A stretch of DNA of 64,000 nt, from positions 1,229,109-1,293,108 of the forward strand of contig ML992506.1 in NCBI GenBank assembly GCA_010093995.1, read 5' to 3'. Positions 1 through 12,453 of this stretch are shown in pieces (the stretch's first letter is position 1; every line of letters starts with the position of its first letter). Below the pieces are notes generated by a model. It was not told where the DNA came from. It did no database searches and saw nothing but the letters and a program-made list of their open reading frames with translations. Origin of the DNA: Elsinoe ampelina (lineage: Eukaryota). The position numbers were made by a program, and so were the translations under genes.

Positions 1-135
1 GAGAACAATGCTCAGTGGAGTTACCGTGATGGGTTGAAGAATGGGATCTTGCCGAGCAAGACTTGGGAGAGGTCGTTCAGCTGTGGCGATGGAGTGCCGG
101 ACTATGCATCTCTGGGCTTGCCGGAGTATTACTAG
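1..135 (+). CDS. 3' end of a probable glucan 1,3-beta-glucosidase (GH5, ExgD-like), partial
   Basis: Frame 1 reads ENNAQWSYRDGLKNGILPSKTWERSFSCGDGVPDYASLGLPEYY*, resembling the QWSY..GL..GILP...GLPEYY C-terminus of fungal ExgD proteins. Confidence 0.6.
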   Translation, partial: ENNAQWSYRDGLKNGILPSKTWERSFSCGDGVPDYASLGLPEYY

Positions 136-517
136 CGGGATGGAAAGAAGGAGGATGATATGATGGAGAATGCTGTGTGTCGTAGATACTTTGCATAGCG
201 GCTGTCATTAGCGTTCGTTCTAAGATAAAGTCTCTCGTCAAGTGAAGACCCACTGGTCCAAGTCGGCCGTGTCAATAGATTTCCATCTCTGTCGCAGACT
301 CGAATCGTAGATACACGGTCGAAACGAGCTCCTGAAGATGTGAACTGCAGTCTAGATGCTCGCTGTTGTCAATGAGGGCATTGAGGGGTGGAGGGGCACC
401 GAGCTCGGACCATGACCCTTATCGATAAGCATCTCTGCAGTCATAATTTTGGGTTGACTCAGGATGAACGTCTCCACCAGGTCAGCCCAAGCACAGGTTC
501 TCACATCTACCACAACC

Positions 518-2433
518 ATGGCTGAGCAGGCGCAAAATGCCGCCAATGCGGTCAAGGAGGCCGTCTCGGATGCAACAGCAAAGGTCGCGAACCTCACAAC
601 ATCGGAAGGCACCGTCCAAACCTACCTAGATGAAGTCACTGGCGAGCGAGTGTCCAAGACCGAATTGAAGAAGAGGCAGAAGCAGAGGGAGAAGGATGCT
701 AAGAAGGCTGAGAAGGCCGCATCTGCACCAGCGCCGGCTGCAAAGAAGAAGACTGCTAGCGCAGAGGAGGAAGAAGCTCACCTCAACCCAAACCAGTACT
801 TTGAGATCAGGAGCAGAGCTATTCAGAAGTTCCGCCAGACTCAGAACCCCAACCCGTGAGCATGACAGAGAAATAGTGGTTTGCGCAGACTGACACCCGC
901 AGGTATCCTCATAAATTCCAAGTGAACTACGACGCTCGAAACTTCATCAACGACTATGGGCACTTGAAGACTGGCGAGACCAAGAAGGAGCAGACGATAT
1001 GCGTAGGTGCGAGGATCTACAACAAGCGAGCATCTGGAACAAATCTGTGCTTCTATGATGTACGCGCGGAGGGCACGCGACTCCAGATCATGTGCCAGTC
1101 GCAAGAGTCAACCAGCGACAAGTCGTTCCAGGATCAGCACGAGCACCTCAGAAGAGGAGACATTATCGGTATCAAGGGCTTCCCCGGCAGAACGAACCCA
1201 CGAAACCGCGCAGAGGGTGAGCTGAGTATCTTTGCTCAGGAGGTTACTCTCCTCACACCATGTCTCCATCAACTTCCGGACGAATACTACGGCTTCAAGG
1301 ACCAGGAGCAGAGATACCGCAAGCGCTACCTCGATCTCATCATGAACGACAGTACCCGCAATGTCTTCCTCACCCGCTCCCGCATGATCACCTACATCCG
1401 CAGGTTCTTTGACGAAAGAGATTTTGTCGAGGTAGAGACCCCAATGATGAACGCAATCGCGGGTGGTGCAACAGCCAAGCCATTCAAGACACATCACAAC
1501 GATCTCAACATGGAGCTGTTCATGCGTGTCGCTCCGGAGCTGTATCTCAAGGAGCTGATCGTAGGTGGTATGGAGAGAGTGTACGAGATTGGCAGGCAGT
1601 TCCGCAACGAAGGCATCGACCTCACCCACAACCCAGAATTCACCACTTGCGAGTTCTACTGGGCGTTTGCCGATGTATACGACGTGATGGACCTCACTGA
1701 AGAGCTCGTGTCAGGACTCGTCAAGCACGTCACGGGAGGATACGAGACCAAGTTTCACACTCAGTCTGGAGAAACTTACGAGGTAAATTGGCAGAAGCCA
1801 TGGAAGAGGATCGAGATGATACCAGCGTTGGAGGAGGCCGTTGGGGAGAAGTTCCCGCCAGGAGATCAACTCCACACCAAGGAGACGAATGAGTTCTTCA
1901 AAAGGGTACTCAAGAAGGTCAACGTGGAATGCAGCCCGCCCCTGACGAACGCCCGCATGCTTGACAAGCTGGTGGGCGAGTTCATTGAGGAGAAGTGCAT
2001 CAACCCTACCTTCATCACCGGGCACCCTCAAATGATGTCTCCACTGGCCAAGTATCACCGCGAGAATCCTGGTCTCTGCGAGCGATTCGAGGCATTCGTG
2101 TGCAAGAAGGAGATCGTCAACGCTTACACCGAATTGAACGATCCATTCGACCAGCGCATGCGCTTCGAAGAGCAGGCGAGACAGAAGGATCAAGGTGACG
2201 ACGAGGCACAAATGATCGACGAGACATTCTGCAACGCCCTCGAGTACGGACTTCCCCCAACGGGAGGATGGGGCATGGGTATTGACCGGATGGTGATGTT
2301 CCTCACCAATCACTACAGCATCAAGGAAGTCTTGACGTTCCCAATGATGAAGGACGACAAGCAGGTGAATCCAAAGGCGGCAGAAGTGGTAGGAATTGAG
2401 CCTTCGCCGGAAGAGGGTATTCCGCACAAGTAG
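518..2433 (+). CDS. KRS1: Cytoplasmic lysyl-tRNA synthetase (class II), 2 exons (518-855, 903-2433)
   Basis: NPYPHKF across the splice junction, OB-fold anticodon domain, [30 protein letters not shown] and [14 protein letters not shown] motifs; intron 856-902 (GTGAG..CTGAC..CAG). Confidence 0.97.
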
Positions 2434-4655
2434 ATGAGATTTCATAGATCTGTCCAACAATGATCTTATGCAGGAGCAGTACCTGAGCAGGAGCCGACGT
2501 GGTCCCGGATCCTACGAGATACTCGTTGGGATATGGCAGCGTGTAGATGATGCTTGGAGGATGAGACAAGATGTGTGAACAGGTCGTTTGGCTGGATGTA
2601 GCTTGGTGGTGTGCATCTATTGGAGCACGAGGCGATGGCGCACGAGTCTCGTCTACCTGTTACAGCTGGCTCCATCTTGCGTGGCTTGCTCCACTGTGGT
2701 GGCGTCTGTTCAAGAGATTAAGCCCAGAAAGATTGATAGAACGGCAGTTCACTCTACGCATGCATGCGGAGACACTTTGGCGTCGTTAGCTGGGAGGTGT
2801 ATCTTGCACCAGCCATCATGGCTTGCTTCTCATCGGCATCATTGTGACATGCCCTGGTATCTGATTGATAACAAATTACTTGCCTACCTCAATCAATCGA
2901 CGGAGAAATACAGCGATAGTGCGAGAGAAGAAAACGTGGATGGCCGGAGTTTCGGCTCTTGTCCTTGACAACCCTCGAGGCTCGAGAGGTGTTGCATGTC
3001 AGGTACAGGTCCAAACGGGTAATTGATCGCCTATCAAGTATATTGAATTGGCTCAATCGCGTGCGATGATTGTCCATTAGTTAGATCCATCAATCTCGAC
3101 TCGAGACCGGGGCAAAGACAGGCTACCTCGGATGTAAAGAAGCCCCGAGACAAAGCAGAGGTTGGGCATGGGCATTGCCCAGTGAAGCAAAGACCCCTGA
3201 TCGACGACAAGGTGCGAGAAATCTCCAAGCGATGCAGAAAAGTGTCATTGCCAACAAGACGGCTTGCAGCGGTTTGTAGCGCAGAATTTAGAATGGCTTT
3301 GCCGCATGAACGGAATCAATGCTTGACTATCCCAGGGACATCGCAAGCAAAAGTCAAGAAGAGAAATCATCAACACAAGCTCTCGAGTACGAGACATGGC
3401 GGGCGTGCCACCAAAGTGGATCGACAAGCAAGACCAAACAAGTGCTCCAGCAGGTGGAGAATTCTTCCTGCGCTGATCTTCATCGTCATTTGGTATACTC
3501 GTTTATGACTGGTAGACCCCTCATTCTAGAAAAGACCACCAACAACGATATCCACAGACGGTGCAACACACTACCACCAGATGGTGCAACTTCGCTTTGT
3601 CCAGCCGGATGTTCCAAAGAGCGACTCACGAGTCGCTACCAATCTTTGAAGGGCCGATCGCATTCACCATCAGTGGAAGCTCTTCTGAGACAAACTCGAC
3701 GGGCCGAACAGAAGCGTCGTCAAGAGTTTGGCGCTGTTCGCGGACCACAGCCGTCGAACATCTACTCATTGTCACTTGCTCTGTGGGACGCGAGATGCAC
3801 TATCTGCCGTCCACCTGCCACTTCGCAAGCCCATGGTTATGCACGAACAACGGCCTGCAAGATGCAAGTCCCTGAGATCGGCAGCGGCACCAAGACGCGT
3901 CCGCAGCGCCGTCGTCGATAGGTACCATCGGGACGGCTCTGTTGGTTTCTGCACGCTAATGCGGCGCCCAACTTCTCGGCAACGAACCACCGACATGATC
4001 TCATCCCATTACGATTCAGAAATCCTCCTTGATGTGCCCCCGTCCTCGTCCCGTCCGCACGGAAATTGCATGCCCTCAGGCGAAATACAGTATGCTGAAT
4101 CGCATGTGGCAGGCCTCAAGTGATAGACAACATTTCTTTCCTCGAGTGGCGACCAGACACGGACGACGGTCGGAGTCCAAGCCGGATCTTCGAGCCAACC
4201 ATGTCGAGGCATACCGTGTCGGTGAGTCTTCCGGGCAGGGAGGAGTTGGAGGGACCTGCGTGCTGCCCACTCGCACTGGCACACTCGGGACCGCCTCTCT
4301 CTGCACGCAAGGAAACGAAACAACATGCATTAGGGCTTCCCGCTGCTATCTCCTTCCCTCCTCTATCCTACTGCTGTAACCATCTTGCAGTAGTCGTTCT
4401 AGCAGAACGCCTTTTTTTACCCTTGGATTTTCCACACTAGCTTCAACCTTCGCTCGTTCTTCGGTTTGGAAACCTTCTCCTAGATCTATATGGTTCACGG
4501 GCCTTCCGGACGGACGATTCTTTTCCCTATCCTTGGAGCTTCTTTCAAAGCCACTTCTTCGCTGATGCTGGTCTGAACGCTTACTGTATATAACCAAACT
4601 CAAATCGGCACGAGGGTATACTCGAGGGTGGCCACGACCGATCAATACCGCCAAC

Positions 4656-6060
4656 ATGTCGGACGTCGACAAGGGCCATGCCTTCTTCATCATCAGTATC
4701 GTGATGTACTCTGTCACATTACTAGTATTTGGGATCAGAGTGATCTGGCGGTGGAGGAGCAATCAGAAGGGCATGGACGATGTAATGCTCGCATGCGCGG
4801 TGGTAGGCTGGACCGGTCAAACATCCATGATCTGCTTTGCTGATATCTACAGGCGGTCCTCACAGTTCACACAGGCTTTGGCTTTGTCGGTATGTGGCAC
4901 GGTTTGCTGATGAGAATGTGGAGACTAACTCTTCCCAGCCATGAGCTACGGCTTCGGCAAGAGCAAAAGAATATTAGCACCAGAAGACACGAGAAATGCA
5001 TTAAAGGTACGCATAGCGAATCTCGACAGTTTCGTTGACCTGTACTGACATTCACAGTACTTCTTCGCCTTGCAAATAACATACAAACCGCTCGGAATGT
5101 TTGTCAAGATGGCCTTCTTGTGCCTATATCTGCGCATTTTCCAGATCCCAAAGTTTCAGCTATTCACCAAGATCATGATGGCAAACGTCGTCCTCGGCGC
5201 AACTGCCCTAGCAATCGCGACTGTATTCCAATGCACGCCGATCCGCAGGGCATACGACAAGACTGTACCGGGCACTTGCATCAACCTCATGGCTTTCTGG
5301 TATTCACATTCTGTGTGGCACGCCTTGGGTGACTTTATCATTTTCCTTATGCCGGTACCAGTGATCCGGACTTTGCAGATTCCTGGATCACGAAAATGGG
5401 GTTTGATCTCTGTGTTTGCGCTGGGTGCATTGTGAGTACTGATTGACGGTCTCGGGGGGATGTGATCACTAACAGATGTTCAGCACTTGCGCCGCCAGTA
5501 TCATGCGCATGACGACCCTCGCAGCGTCATCCAAATCAAATGACCCAACTTGTAAGACCGCTCGTCTCCACATGCCCTCGTCTATCTAACATCCTTCAGA
5601 TGGCTCCTACGACGCCACAATGTGGACCGAAATCGAATCCAACACCTCCATCATCTGCGCCTGCCTCCCCGCCCTCCGCGCCCCCATCATCCAACTCTGG
5701 CGACGCATGCGCGGCAAGAACCAAAACACCACCTACGGCTCCGCCTCGCACAAGCTCGAATACGTCAAACAAGCCTCGGCCGGCCGACCGAGTCCCTACC
5801 CCAACCGCTCCAACCAATCCCGGAATTGGGGCTACCCAGACGAACGCTCATGGTACGACACTGCCCTCGGCGCGACGGAGCAGCCCACGCGAGACTTTTT
5901 CAATAGCAGCCAGGAGCGCATTGTCGGCATCATGAAGACGACGGATGTGCAGGTCACGAGGGGCAAGGATAGTCCGATGACGGAGAAGAAGTTCAGCAGT
6001 GATATCGAGGAGGTGGAGTTGGAGAGCGGTAGTGGGAGTACGGGTTCGGATCGGTTGTAG
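4656..6060 (+). CDS. Pth11-like (fungal rhodopsin-domain) 7TM integral membrane protein, about 6 exons
   Basis: GMDD motif, VKMAFLCLYLRIF, FQCTPI..AYDKTVPGTC, DFIIFLMPVPVIRTLQ, MWTEIESNTSIICACLPALR; several GT-AG introns. Confidence 0.85.
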
Positions 6061-7679
6061 GATGAGAATGACGAGGGAAAGGACGGAGGGGGGTTTGGGC
6101 TTTTGGATACGGACAGGGGAGGATGGGCTATGGGCTTATAAGCTTCATGATAGCGACAATGGTCGCGGTGTATATTACTGTCTAGCTTGGATATGATACC
6201 AGAGGATATGGGATGTCTCAGATTTGTTCTCACCAAGATGTGGTAGCGGATATGCCGCGTGTCACTTCCACCCGTGCTCAACGTCTACAACTCGCTCAAT
6301 ACGAGCACTCATACATACTACCTACTGCCAACACTGTCTGCCATGCGTTCCAGGTCCAGGTACACTTCCTTGGACGCAGGTACAGGCACAGGCACACCAC
6401 GTGCGACCCCTGCCTCTCAACCCCAAGACAGGCCTTCAGGTCCGCAGTCCCCTGCTCTGATCAGCCGGGAACCGCACAGCGAGGTCCGCACTCAGGCTGA
6501 TCAGAAGTGTCAAGGGAAGCCTGATTGCGTGCCTGGGTGATACATGGGTACTATAGGTGACACATGGGCAGGTGTACATGCAGTATAGTACACACTATAC
6601 ACCCGACGGCGCGGTGGGATGGAGATGGGAAAGCTGGACACCATGGCTTCTCCCGCATGTATACAGTACCATCGTCACATCGACGACTTCCGGCATACCA
6701 TCTGCCGGTGGCTAAACTCACCCCCTCGCTACATACTGTGCTCCATCCTCCCTTCTCCCTACGTGTATCCCTGCACAAAGGCCGAGAGGCACGGTATCAC
6801 AAACGGTCAGCCAAACGAGCGCCTCCTTCCTGCCTCCTTCCTGCCTCCCCTGACGGCCTGGCCTCTCTCCCTGCATCTAATCTACGGTGTTGTATCGTAC
6901 CACAAAGATCTCGGACGTGATTCGTCCCCAACCCGGCACGCCTGACTGGCTAGTTCGAGGCTTGAGGGAGCCGAACGATTCATTCAGATGAGCGTGGCTG
7001 GCTCAACGGATTGGCGTGGTGAGGCGTGAAGGGGTGGGGGGCATGAGTCGTGCGTGGAGTGGGTACGTATGAGTGGGTTCCAGTGGGGAGTTGCGCGGGA
7101 GGAAGGTGCAGGCGGATGGAGGTTTCGCAGAGAGGCGAGACGGGACGGCAGGCAAGGGGGAAGGGAAAGGGAAACGAAGGGACGGGAGGTTGCAGGGGTG
7201 TGAACGAAGATGGGGAATTTGAAGGCGAGGATGGAGGATGAGGTACATGGCTTTTTTTGGGCGGGGAGTAGGAGGTTCAAGTCTGTGAATTGAGTTTACC
7301 TATACTGTACAGACTTTGATCTCAAAGATTGTCATGTCACTGATGCTTTCTGAAGAAGTCGTGTGAAGAGATACAACGTGGCTCCCATGTGCCCACCTCA
7401 TCACCCGTCGGCAAGCAAAACGAATGGGCTGCGACAGATCGATAGTCGCTGCACTGCGCACTGCATGTCCGTTACAGGCCCATCCACGTGGGTGGGGGTC
7501 CTTTGCTGCACAACGAGTGAAGCACAGGTCTTGCCCGAGTCAAGAAGGTAGCAGATCGGTCCTAGAGGGCGTATACTTTTGATCGATTACAGCCGTAACC
7601 GGTTACCGATTACAGCGATTACAGCTGTAATCGAAACGCATATACTTTGTAACTGTCGTGTAATTAGATTATAGTAATA

Positions 7680-8370
7680 ATTAGCGCTATAGTACCTTAA
7701 TCTTATAAGGTTAGTAGTAAAGCTTAAGTAATTATACCTCCTTAGTATAACTACCTCTAGAGGAGATTAACGAGTTATAATTGCTTTTCTACTACTAAGC
7801 CTTTATCTAACCTCTATCTAAAGAGGTGTTAGTTATACTTCTTACTCTTATTATATACTAGTTACTATACCTCCTTACTCTTTATAAATACTAACTTCTT
7901 CTATTAAGTCTTCTTCTAAGTAAGGTAATACTATATAGACTTATTAGATAACGCTAGTACTATTTAAGACTATACTAAAGGTAAAGGGAAGCAGCTAGTA
8001 GACTTAATCTAGATAGAAGATAAAGGCCTATTAAGAGACTACTATTATAGTAAGTATAGTATTAATACTAAGGTAGTTACTAAAGGCTAACTAAGTAAAG
8101 AATAAGTTAATAGCATTAAAGAGTAAGTAGATAGACTAGAAGGCGCTCTTTAGCTTAAGTAGTTAGTTAAAGAATAAATTTAAATTACTATTTAGTAATA
8201 AGCTAGTAATAGAGACTTATTTTAAGAAGTACTTAAGAGTATATAAATTTATAAGGTAAGCTTTTAAATATAAAGTAATTACAACTAGTAAGATAAGAGG
8301 TTAATTACGTCTATTTATTAAGATATTAAGACTTAGAAGAAGAAGAAGAAAACTAGTATATAAAGTATAT
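7680..8370. pseudogene. Probable relic of the second (Myb/SANT-like) Harbinger ORF
   Basis: Position only: RIP-mutated sequence between the left TIR and the gypsy end. Harbinger elements normally carry a second ORF, but no motif was recognised. Confidence 0.3.
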
Positions 8371-8374
8371 ATAA

Positions 8375-11300
8375 TATTAAGAGCGAAGTAGCTAGAAGCC
8401 TAGGCTATAATACTAAGATTACGTAACTAATCTAAACTAGATCCTAACTAAATCTAGTTCGTATCTATCTTATATTACTACTCTCTCTCTTAACTATATT
8501 TACTCTTAAATACTATTATATATTATTTATTAATCTATTTTAGCCTTAGCTTATCTATATAAGAGTCTAGATAGTTACGTAGTACATTAGTTACTCCTTT
8601 AAGATTATTAATTAGCTACTAAGTAAGATTCTCTAGATAGCTCTTCTAGCTTACGTAAGTAACTAGCTTTCTATATAGTATATATATATTAATAATATTA
8701 TCTACTTTATACTTCTCTTCGCTATTAACTTCTATTAGTAGTAGTTCCTTAAAGGCTTAGCCTAGTAGAGAGTTATTTAGATATTTAGTAAGAAGGTTAG
8801 TATAGAATACTAAGTATATTCTTTATAGCGTAGCTAGTAGATTAAGCTTATATACTAATAGTAATTATTTCTTAAGAATCTTATAGAGGCTAACATACTT
8901 TAGTAGTAGCTTTAGATTACCTTATAGCTAGAGGTTCTTTATTAATAGCTAAACTAAATTACCTACCTTAAACTCTATTAGCTAGTAGTACTTATTAGCT
9001 TATTCTACTATCTATAACTAGGTAATAGCGAGGTTAGCCTTAGTAATAGCTAGTGCCTCTTCTAGTTGCTTAGTAAGTATATAGATATCGACCTTATTTA
9101 GCTTAGCTCTTATTAATAGTATATTAAAAGGGGACTAGAAGCTTAGCTTTAGCTTATATTCTCTAGTAACCTTAAATAGTAATAGCTTAGTACTCTCTAA
9201 TAGGTTAATATTAGTAGAGAATTCTATAACTAGTAGAATAAGTGTCTAATTACTAAAGCGTATAGTATATAAATAGATAACTTACTTAAACTTATAATTT
9301 ATAACCTCTAATTAGCTATCTATTTATAGATACTCTATAGTAGACAGTTTAGTAGTAATCTTTAGGATTTAGTAGAGCCTTTTCTATACGTTACTAACGA
9401 ACTAAGAGCTATAATCCGAGGTAATACTATCTAGTAGACTATATAGTTTCTACACGTAGAAGAATAATAGCTTAGTAGTCTTAAATACTAAAGTACTACC
9501 TTCTCTAGAGAAGTATAGAATTAAATACTATTTCTTAGATAGGTAGTTAATAATATAAAGTACTACGTTATAGCTATCTACTAAAGGTAGACTAGTAACA
9601 AAGTCTATAGTAATATATTACTATAGTCTTACTAGAATAGACAATAGCGATAGAAGGCTAGCTAGTAAGCTATAGTAAGCCTTTAAGCGCTTATAGTTAT
9701 AGTAGTTAGTAACGAACCTCTTAATATTACTATTATATCTAGAGATATAAAAAGTAGACTTAATTATAGTAGCTATTTTAGTAGCTCCTATATGTATATA
9801 ATTCTTCGATGTATAAACTTCTTAGATAACCTTTATAGCTATAGAGAAAGGTACGATTAGTTAGCTATTAGTCTATAGTATTCTCTTTTTAATTGTAATA
9901 TTAGTCGATAGTAGCTATTTCCTCTTTAGAAAGGCTTCTATTATATAGTAAATACTATAAACTGTCTCGAAATTAGAGTCTCGTAGGTTAGCTTTAGCTA
10001 CTTCGTTAAAAAGAAATAAAGGCTCTTCTATAGCTAAGATAGGTACTACGTAGATGCCTAGTTTAGTAGCTAAAATAGGCGCTAATATAGGTAGTAAAAT
10101 AGAAGGCGAAATAGAAGATAAACTAGACAGCAAACTAGTTCGTAAACTAGATACTAAACTAGATCTTAGTTCGGCTTAGATTAGTAATCTAGTTCGAATG
10201 TAACCTAGATTTAGTTTGTTAATAATATACTAATCTAGCACCTTATATAGTAGTAGTGTCTAGCGTAGATTAGAGTCTTCTTTCGAATATAGTATATCTC
10301 TATTTCTCCTTATAAGTACGTTAGCTTTACTATTAGTAGCGCTAGGCCTATATATAATCTTAAAGTTAAACTATATAAGGTAGAGAGCCTAGCGCGCTTA
10401 GTAGCGTAATAGCTTCTAAGTCTTTATAAAGTGTATTAAGAATTAGTAGTTAGTAAGAACATAGATAGCCTTATTAGATTAAGTACTTATAAGCTTAAGG
10501 GCCTACTCCTTAAAAGCTTAGATAATAGCTAGTAGTTTCTTATCGTAGATAGTATAATTACGTTTAGCTTTATTTATAAATTTACTAAAAAAGATAATAG
10601 GCTAAAGAACGTTAGACTTATTATATTATAATAGAATTCTAGTAGTAGTAGTATTAGAGGTGTCTATCTTAAGAACTATTTATTTTAAGTAATTAAAGTA
10701 TATAAGAATAGACGCGCTTATAATAGTATACTTTATATAATTAAATATAGTAGTATACTTATTATTCTATAGTATAGTATCCTTCTTAAGTAAATTATTT
10801 AGTAGCTTAGTAATAGTGCTAAATCCCTTAATAAAGTAGCGATAGTAGCTATAGAAACTAATAAAGCTTCTTACTTAAGTAGTATTACTAGAGGCTAGCT
10901 ATTTCTACGCCTATATAGCTTTTACCTTCTTAGAGTCTATCTTAACTCTATCTCGGCTAATAATAATACTAAGGTACTTTATCTCTATTAGGTAGAACTT
11001 ACTCTTCTTAATATTAGTATTTAGATCTAATTTATAGAGTCTCTAGAGTATAAGCTTAATATACTTAGTGTGCTCTTAGTAAGTACTATTAGTATAGATA
11101 AGAATATTATTTAGATAGATCGATATAAAGCGCTCTAGTATATTAATAAAGTTATAATTTATAAATCTCTACTATATATTAGAGGCATTAGTAAGGCTAA
11201 ATAGTATTACTAGCTACTTAAAGTTACTTATACGTATAGAGAATATAGTAAGGTCTTTACTATCGATAGAATTATAAAGGTAATAGAAGACTTAATAAAT

Positions 11301-12251
11301 ATTAATCTTACTAAACTATTTAGCCTTACTTACGCGCGTAAGTATTTCTTTAATAAGAGAGAGAGAATAGATATCTTACTTAGTTACCTTATTAAGGCTA
11401 TAGTAATTAACGTAAAGGTAAAGTCTACTACTAGGCTTATAAATAAAGAGAATAGACAAGGAATAGCTAGCTAAGCTTAGTATAATAAAGTCTTTATTAA
11501 AGTGCTTATAGATAAACTATTCTACTATATCGAGCTTTTCTAGTAATAGATAATATAGAAGTTTAGTATATAGTAGTTTAGCTCTATTCTTAAGTGTAAT
11601 CTAATTATTAAAATCTAGCTAATATAGAGAAAGTATATTAGATTACTCTTTAGAGAAGACATTAGTAAACTCTTATAGCTCCTCTAGGAGAACTACTATA
11701 GAATCTAGTTCTAGTTTAGAGGTTATTTAGTAGTAGTCCTTAATATTCTTTACTAAGATTATAAATACCTTATTCTCTTAGTATTTAGCTACTAATATAA
11801 AGGTAGTAGCGCTAATAAAAGCGATAGTTAGCTCTTCTTACTTAGTGTTACTTACGTAAGTAAGTACGTAGAAGAACTTATATATTAACTAAGTACTATA
11901 GGAGATTAGCTTAAACTCTCTCTAATTTAGCTTAAAGTTCGACCTAAGAGCTAGTAGTTAATATAGTCTAGTTCGTTCTAACTTAGTAGCTAAAGTAGAA
12001 CCTAGTTTATAAGTTAAACTAGAACTAAACTAGTTCTAAACTAGAATAGCAACTTTACTAAGTTAGATTCCTAGATCCGAGCTAAGCTTAGATCTAGATT
12101 CTAGCTCTTTAATTAGCTATAGTAGCTCTTACTTAATAATAACTAGTAAAAACTCTTCTTTATATATAACTTAGCTATGTTTATAATCGATAGTAGCCTT
12201 ATTAGTCTTAAGCTAGCTAAGGCTAAGAATAATGTCGAATTAGCTAATATC
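8375..12251 (-). mobile_element. Ty3/gypsy LTR retrotransposon, 3' half only (protease C-terminus, RT, RNase H, integrase, probable 3' LTR ~8375-8586), RIP-mutated
   Basis: Minus-strand relics: FDIILSLS*LK (protease end, ~12200-12250), IYLNNILIY (=YLDDILIY, ~11110), NYTIYDKKLLAII (RNase H, ~10540), ITIDFVTSLP (integrase, ~9600). Order is PR-RT-RH-IN. The left boundary is approximate. Confidence 0.85.
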
Positions 12252-12453
12252 TGCTAAGAATATAGCTCTCTCTAGATAATTAGGCCCGAAGGTCATATAA
12301 CTATAAGTTATGTAATGCTAAGTCCTAGGGATTTATAGCTATTCTTTCCTTCGGTAGATAGACTCCTTAATTAATTAACTCGTCTATTACCTAACTAGTG
12401 TACGGATTAGTTCTATATAATACTCTACCCCTAAACGTATCTTCTACTTAATA
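12252..12453 (+). repeat. Copia 5' LTR
   Basis: TGCTAAGAATATAGCTCTC...CTTCTACTTAATA, a direct repeat of 17369-17570 with about 13 differences, all C/T or G/A transitions. Confidence 0.93.

Noticed and set aside
1108..2460. Long antisense ORFs over KRS1 (also over ACH1, the SDRs and RIF1)
   Set aside because: These are shadows of codon-biased real genes and have no recognisable motifs.
2571..4440. Many overlapping 60-200 aa ORFs upstream of the Pth11-like gene
   Set aside because: No domain, codon bias or coherent splice structure; treated as a long intergenic/regulatory region.
6700..7270. Possible long hairpin or ncRNA from C-rich and G-rich tracts
   Set aside because: The complementarity is only compositional; no extended exact inverted repeat was found.
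9915..10133. 72-aa ORF in the AT-rich block
   Set aside because: A chance stop-free piece of the RIP-mutated gypsy pol, not a separate gene.
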